A DNA stretch of 64,000 bases from an uncultured archaeon (GTDB taxonomy: Archaea; Thermoproteota; Bathyarchaeia; Bathyarchaeales; Bathycorpusculaceae), in assembly GCA_963810275.1 (NCBI GenBank), contig CAWENF010000027.1, positions 23,655 through 87,654 on the forward strand, read 5' to 3'. Positions 60,994-64,000 of this stretch are shown piece after piece. A program made the translations under genes and the position numbers. Position 1 is the first letter of the stretch; each line of letters begins with the position of its first letter. The notes under the pieces were generated by a model that ran no database searches, was not told the DNA's origin, and saw nothing but the letters and a program-made list of their open reading frames with translations.

Positions 60994-62418
60994 GTGAGTA
61001 TACTTAGCCATGATACGTTCTGGAACGCTATTGTATCCATGCCCATGACCAAGTGGATGCTCCAGCTCTCACTTAAAAAGTGTCCCGGCTGCGGCAGAAC
61101 TGTGCTGGAGGCGGCATTAGACGACTATGGGGGCAAAGCTGACCAGAAATGCCAAAAATGCAGCCACCTGTACAGTCAAATAGTCGCTTTTTGGATAGAG
61201 TTTCTGCGCAGGGCGCTTGGGTTCAAACGGGCAAAAGTTGAGAAGCTCTTAACTGACCGTTACGCACGAAACGCCGTGCTAAACTTAGTCGAATCCTTCG
61301 CTTACTTCGGCATCAAAAAGCCAATGTCTCTTGTGGCGCCTTTCCTTGTAGTCTGGGATTTCACTCACCGATGCAACCTGCGTTGCAAACACTGCTACAG
61401 CAACTCAGGCGAACCCGACAAAGACGAGTTAACAACCGAGCAGGCACTCAACGTTGTGGACCAACTGGCGGACGCCCACGTAACCGCCTTGGCTTTCAGC
61501 GGCGGCGAACCATTAACCCGACCCGACTTCTTCCAAGTTGCGCGGCACGCCTCTGATCGCGGCCTATACATATCGCTCGCCTCAAACGGCACGCTTCTCA
61601 ACAAGGAAAACGTGGCGAAAATTAAAGCCGCAGGCGTCAATTACATCGACATCAGCATAGATGGCGCCACCGCTAAAACCCATGACGACTTTCGAGGCGT
61701 ACCCGGAGCCTACGACCGAGCCGTTGCGGGACTCAAAAACTGCATTGAAGCAGACATCTGTGTCTGTATAGCTACCACGGTAGGCAAAAACAACATGGTA
61801 GAACTTCCCGCAATCATTGACTTGGCGGAGGAGCTTGGCGTGGAGCGTTTCACCTACTTTAACTTCATACCCGCGGGTAGAGGGAAAAGTCACGTTGACC
61901 AGGATCTTTCGGCGGCTGAGCGTGAAGAAGTTATGCGTTATCTCTTGAATCGGATGTCGGCGGGCTGTAAAACCACAATCCTCGCTACGGCACCCCAGCT
62001 TGCCCGTGTCGCAGCTCAGTGCCAAGGGGACTCCGATACGGGTGAAGTTACAATGGCGTTGGCTCATATGCAAACCGTTAAAGTTACCAAAAAAGCTGTC
62101 CCGCTAGGTGACTTCATAGGTGGATGCGGAGCTGGGCGTCTCTATTGTGCCATCAGTCCTCAGGGTGATGTGCGTCCATGCGTTTTTCTGCCTGAAAACG
62201 TAGGCAACCTCAAAGACCGTAAATTCAAAGACATCTGGCTCAATGCGCCACTTTTCAATGCTTTTCGCAACCGTGCCAACCTCAAAGGCAGCTGCAGCAT
62301 ATGCGACTATAAGTTCATCTGCGGAGGCTGCCGAGCACGCTCTGCGGCTTACCACGGCGGGGACACCTTAAACGGCGACCCAGGATGCCTGCAAGGAGTT
62401 AAGAATAATGCCCGTTAA
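60994..62418 (+). CDS. Radical SAM/SPASM enzyme with Cys-rich N-terminal extension
   Basis: CPGC...CQKC N-terminus; WDFTHRCNLRCKHC, SGGEPL, GCGAGR, CSICDYKFICGGCRAR...DPGC. Confidence 0.92.
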   Translation: MSILSHDTFWNAIVSMPMTKWMLQLSLKKCPGCGRTVLEAALDDYGGKADQKCQKCSHLYSQIVAFWIEFLRRALGFKRAKVEKLLTDRYARNAVLNLVESFAYFGIKKPMSLVAPFLVVWDFTHRCNLRCKHCYSNSGEPDKDELTTEQALNVVDQLADAHVTALAFSGGEPLTRPDFFQVARHASDRGLYISLASNGTLLNKENVAKIKAAGVNYIDISIDGATAKTHDDFRGVPGAYDRAVAGLKNCIEADICVCIATTVGKNNMVELPAIIDLAEELGVERFTYFNFIPAGRGKSHVDQDLSAAEREEVMRYLLNRMSAGCKTTILATAPQLARVAAQCQGDSDTGEVTMALAHMQTVKVTKKAVPLGDFIGGCGAGRLYCAISPQGDVRPCVFLPENVGNLKDRKFKDIWLNAPLFNAFRNRANLKGSCSICDYKFICGGCRARSAAYHGGDTLNGDPGCLQGVKNNAR

Positions 62419-63361
62419 CTCTGTTAGAATCAGCGGTGCAGGTACTGACGTAAGTGAAATTGTAAAAGACGCTGTCAAAAACGCCAACCTGCGAGGCAAG
62501 AAACTCATTTACATTAAACCTAACCTTAGTCACCCCGAGTACCTGCCCGGCGTAGTTACAAGCCCCGACGTAATGCATCAAGTCGTTGCTTTTTTGCGTG
62601 ACCAGAATAGCGAAGTTGTCGTGGGTGAATCTAACGGAATCAACTACCCCTGCTGGACTGCTTTTGACAAGACAGGCGCCCAAGCTGCAGTGGAATCCGC
62701 AGGTGGCAAAGTAATCAACCTCTCAGACGACAAAGTGATCAAAGTCAAATTCGCCACAAACGGTCCCCTCAAACATCTCTACCTTCCCAAAACAGTGCTT
62801 GACGCTGATGCCGTAATCGACTTGCCTCTGATGAAGACACATGAGTTCATGACTTACACGGGCGCACTCAAAAACCTCTTTGGGTGCATTCCAAGTAACC
62901 GCCGCATCTATTTGCATCCGTATCTGCCCGAAGTGTTCTACCGCCTCTATACTGTGTTCAAGCCGGCGCTCACCATAATGGATGCCCGCATTGGTATAGA
63001 GGGTAATGGTCCCACTAAAGGTAAACCCAAAAAAATGGGTTTGTTTTTGACTGGCAATGACGCTTTAGCCGTGGACATAGTTGCTGCTCAGGTAATGAAG
63101 CTTGACTGGAAGAAAACATACCTCAAATACGTCTCTGACAAAGCCGGCTTCAATGGAGATGCAGTCCACGTCGAAGGCTTGCCCATAGAGTCGGTTGCGA
63201 AGCGCTTTGAGTTGCCCACAATTGATTTGCCTGTTAAGATGCAGATGGCAATTTACCAGCACGAGTACGCTACTAAGCTGATGTTCTGCTCACTTGACAT
63301 CATCCACCTGTTTCAAAAGATAACAAAGGCTTATCGAGGTAAGCCTATCGAAGTTGGGTAA
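62408..63361 (+). CDS. DUF362 domain protein
   Basis: IKPNL, VVTSP, P.MKTH....TGALKNLFG, GIEGNGP. Confidence 0.88.
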   Translation: MPVNSVRISGAGTDVSEIVKDAVKNANLRGKKLIYIKPNLSHPEYLPGVVTSPDVMHQVVAFLRDQNSEVVVGESNGINYPCWTAFDKTGAQAAVESAGGKVINLSDDKVIKVKFATNGPLKHLYLPKTVLDADAVIDLPLMKTHEFMTYTGALKNLFGCIPSNRRIYLHPYLPEVFYRLYTVFKPALTIMDARIGIEGNGPTKGKPKKMGLFLTGNDALAVDIVAAQVMKLDWKKTYLKYVSDKAGFNGDAVHVEGLPIESVAKRFELPTIDLPVKMQMAIYQHEYATKLMFCSLDIIHLFQKITKAYRGKPIEVG

Positions 63362-63517
63362 TGCACCGAGTTATTGTTGATGAAGTCATATTGATTTTTT
63401 GATAAATCACGGTTGGCACTGATAAACTTGATACAAGCATGCAGTAATCTTTAAGCGTGTGTATGCTATCGTAATATAGTGACTAGCTGTTTGGTCATCT
63501 GACTGGGGAGGTTTAAT

Positions 63518-63926
63518 TTGAGGGGTAAGTCCTGGTCAATTGAGGAAGAGCGGCAACTGCGAGAGCTTATTACCAATGGGTTAAGCGTTAATGAGATTGC
63601 CTCATTAAAGATATGGAGAACGCTGGGATAGAAAATGCTGAAGGCGTCAACTTTAGTGTGCCACGAAAAAGCGAAATGGCCAACCTACTAAGACAGCGTA
63701 TGCTAACCAGCAGCTATTCTTACCTCTGCTCACATGGGAAAAACCCTACAGAAGCGATATATGCACAGAATTAAACGTTGAAAAATACCAACTGCACAAA
63801 GACGGCAACATAGGATTCAGCCATCCCAACGGCACCCACGACGATGCATTCTTGAGCATCGCCTTAGCAGTTTATGCAACTGTCGAAATGGAGCCCGAAC
63901 CATTTTTAGCAGTTATACCTAGATAA
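63518..63926 (+). mobile_element. Provirus remnant: Myb/GcrA-like HTH N-terminus fused by deletion to the C-terminal nuclease end of a terminase large subunit
   Basis: TTG 63518 gives MRGKSWSIEEERQLRELI..GLSVNEIA. Then, in other frames, EGVNFSVPRKSEMANLLRQRM and ELNVEKY......FSHPNGTHDDAF.SIALA (terminase HDD..ALA pattern). Confidence 0.6.
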
Positions 63927-63976
63927 ACTTTAGGATAACAGCCGTTTGACACACCCCACTCCTATTTTGAATGAGC

Positions 63977-63998
63977 GTTCGAATCCCACCCCCCTGCA
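63977..63998 (+). other. Isolated tRNA 3'-end fragment, putative attachment (att) site
   Basis: GTTCGAATCCCACCCCCCTGCA resembles a T-loop plus acceptor 3' strand, with no tRNA 5' half upstream. Confidence 0.55.
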
Positions 63999-64000
63999 TC

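Noticed and set aside
439-63262. Numerous short antisense or overlapping ORFs in the supplied track (for example 12202-12657, 14520-15035, 31999-32610, 53830-54177)
   Set aside because: They shadow well-supported genes on the other strand or frame and have no recognisable motifs.

Overview
Archaeal chromosomal segment, most consistent with Bathyarchaeia (TACK). The evidence is an intron-containing tRNA-Gly(CCC), archease, rpl35ae, a GPN-loop GTPase, a stand-alone MtrH, BRE/TATA promoters, oligo-T terminators and frequent GTG/TTG starts. The dominant feature is a ~50 kb island with 11 radical SAM genes: 7 cobalamin-binding BchE/HpnJ-like, 3 SPASM/NirJ-AhbC/D-like and 1 HemN-like. They are interspersed with what looks like their supply chain: a bacterial-type SAM synthetase (MetK), cobinamide salvage (CbiZ, CbiB), a corrinoid protein plus MtrH-like methyltransferase, and electron carriers (an orphan RnfD-RnfC pair, ferredoxin, Fe-S aldo-keto reductase, DUF362). 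Candidate partners or substrates include a split nitrilase/Asn-synthase-type amidotransferase, two Cys-motif TIM-barrel paralogs, two GT-C-like membrane proteins, two membrane-anchored beta-propeller proteins and two near-identical tandem membrane proteins. The product of this system cannot be determined from sequence alone. Features missing from the ORF track include a RidA pseudogene and other decayed genes, a likely ATC-initiated N-terminal extension, a small ORF without a canonical start, MarR operators, and a terminase/tRNA-att provirus remnant at the right end. Several single-base frameshifts in otherwise intact genes look like assembly errors. All family assignments come from motif recognition, not database searches.
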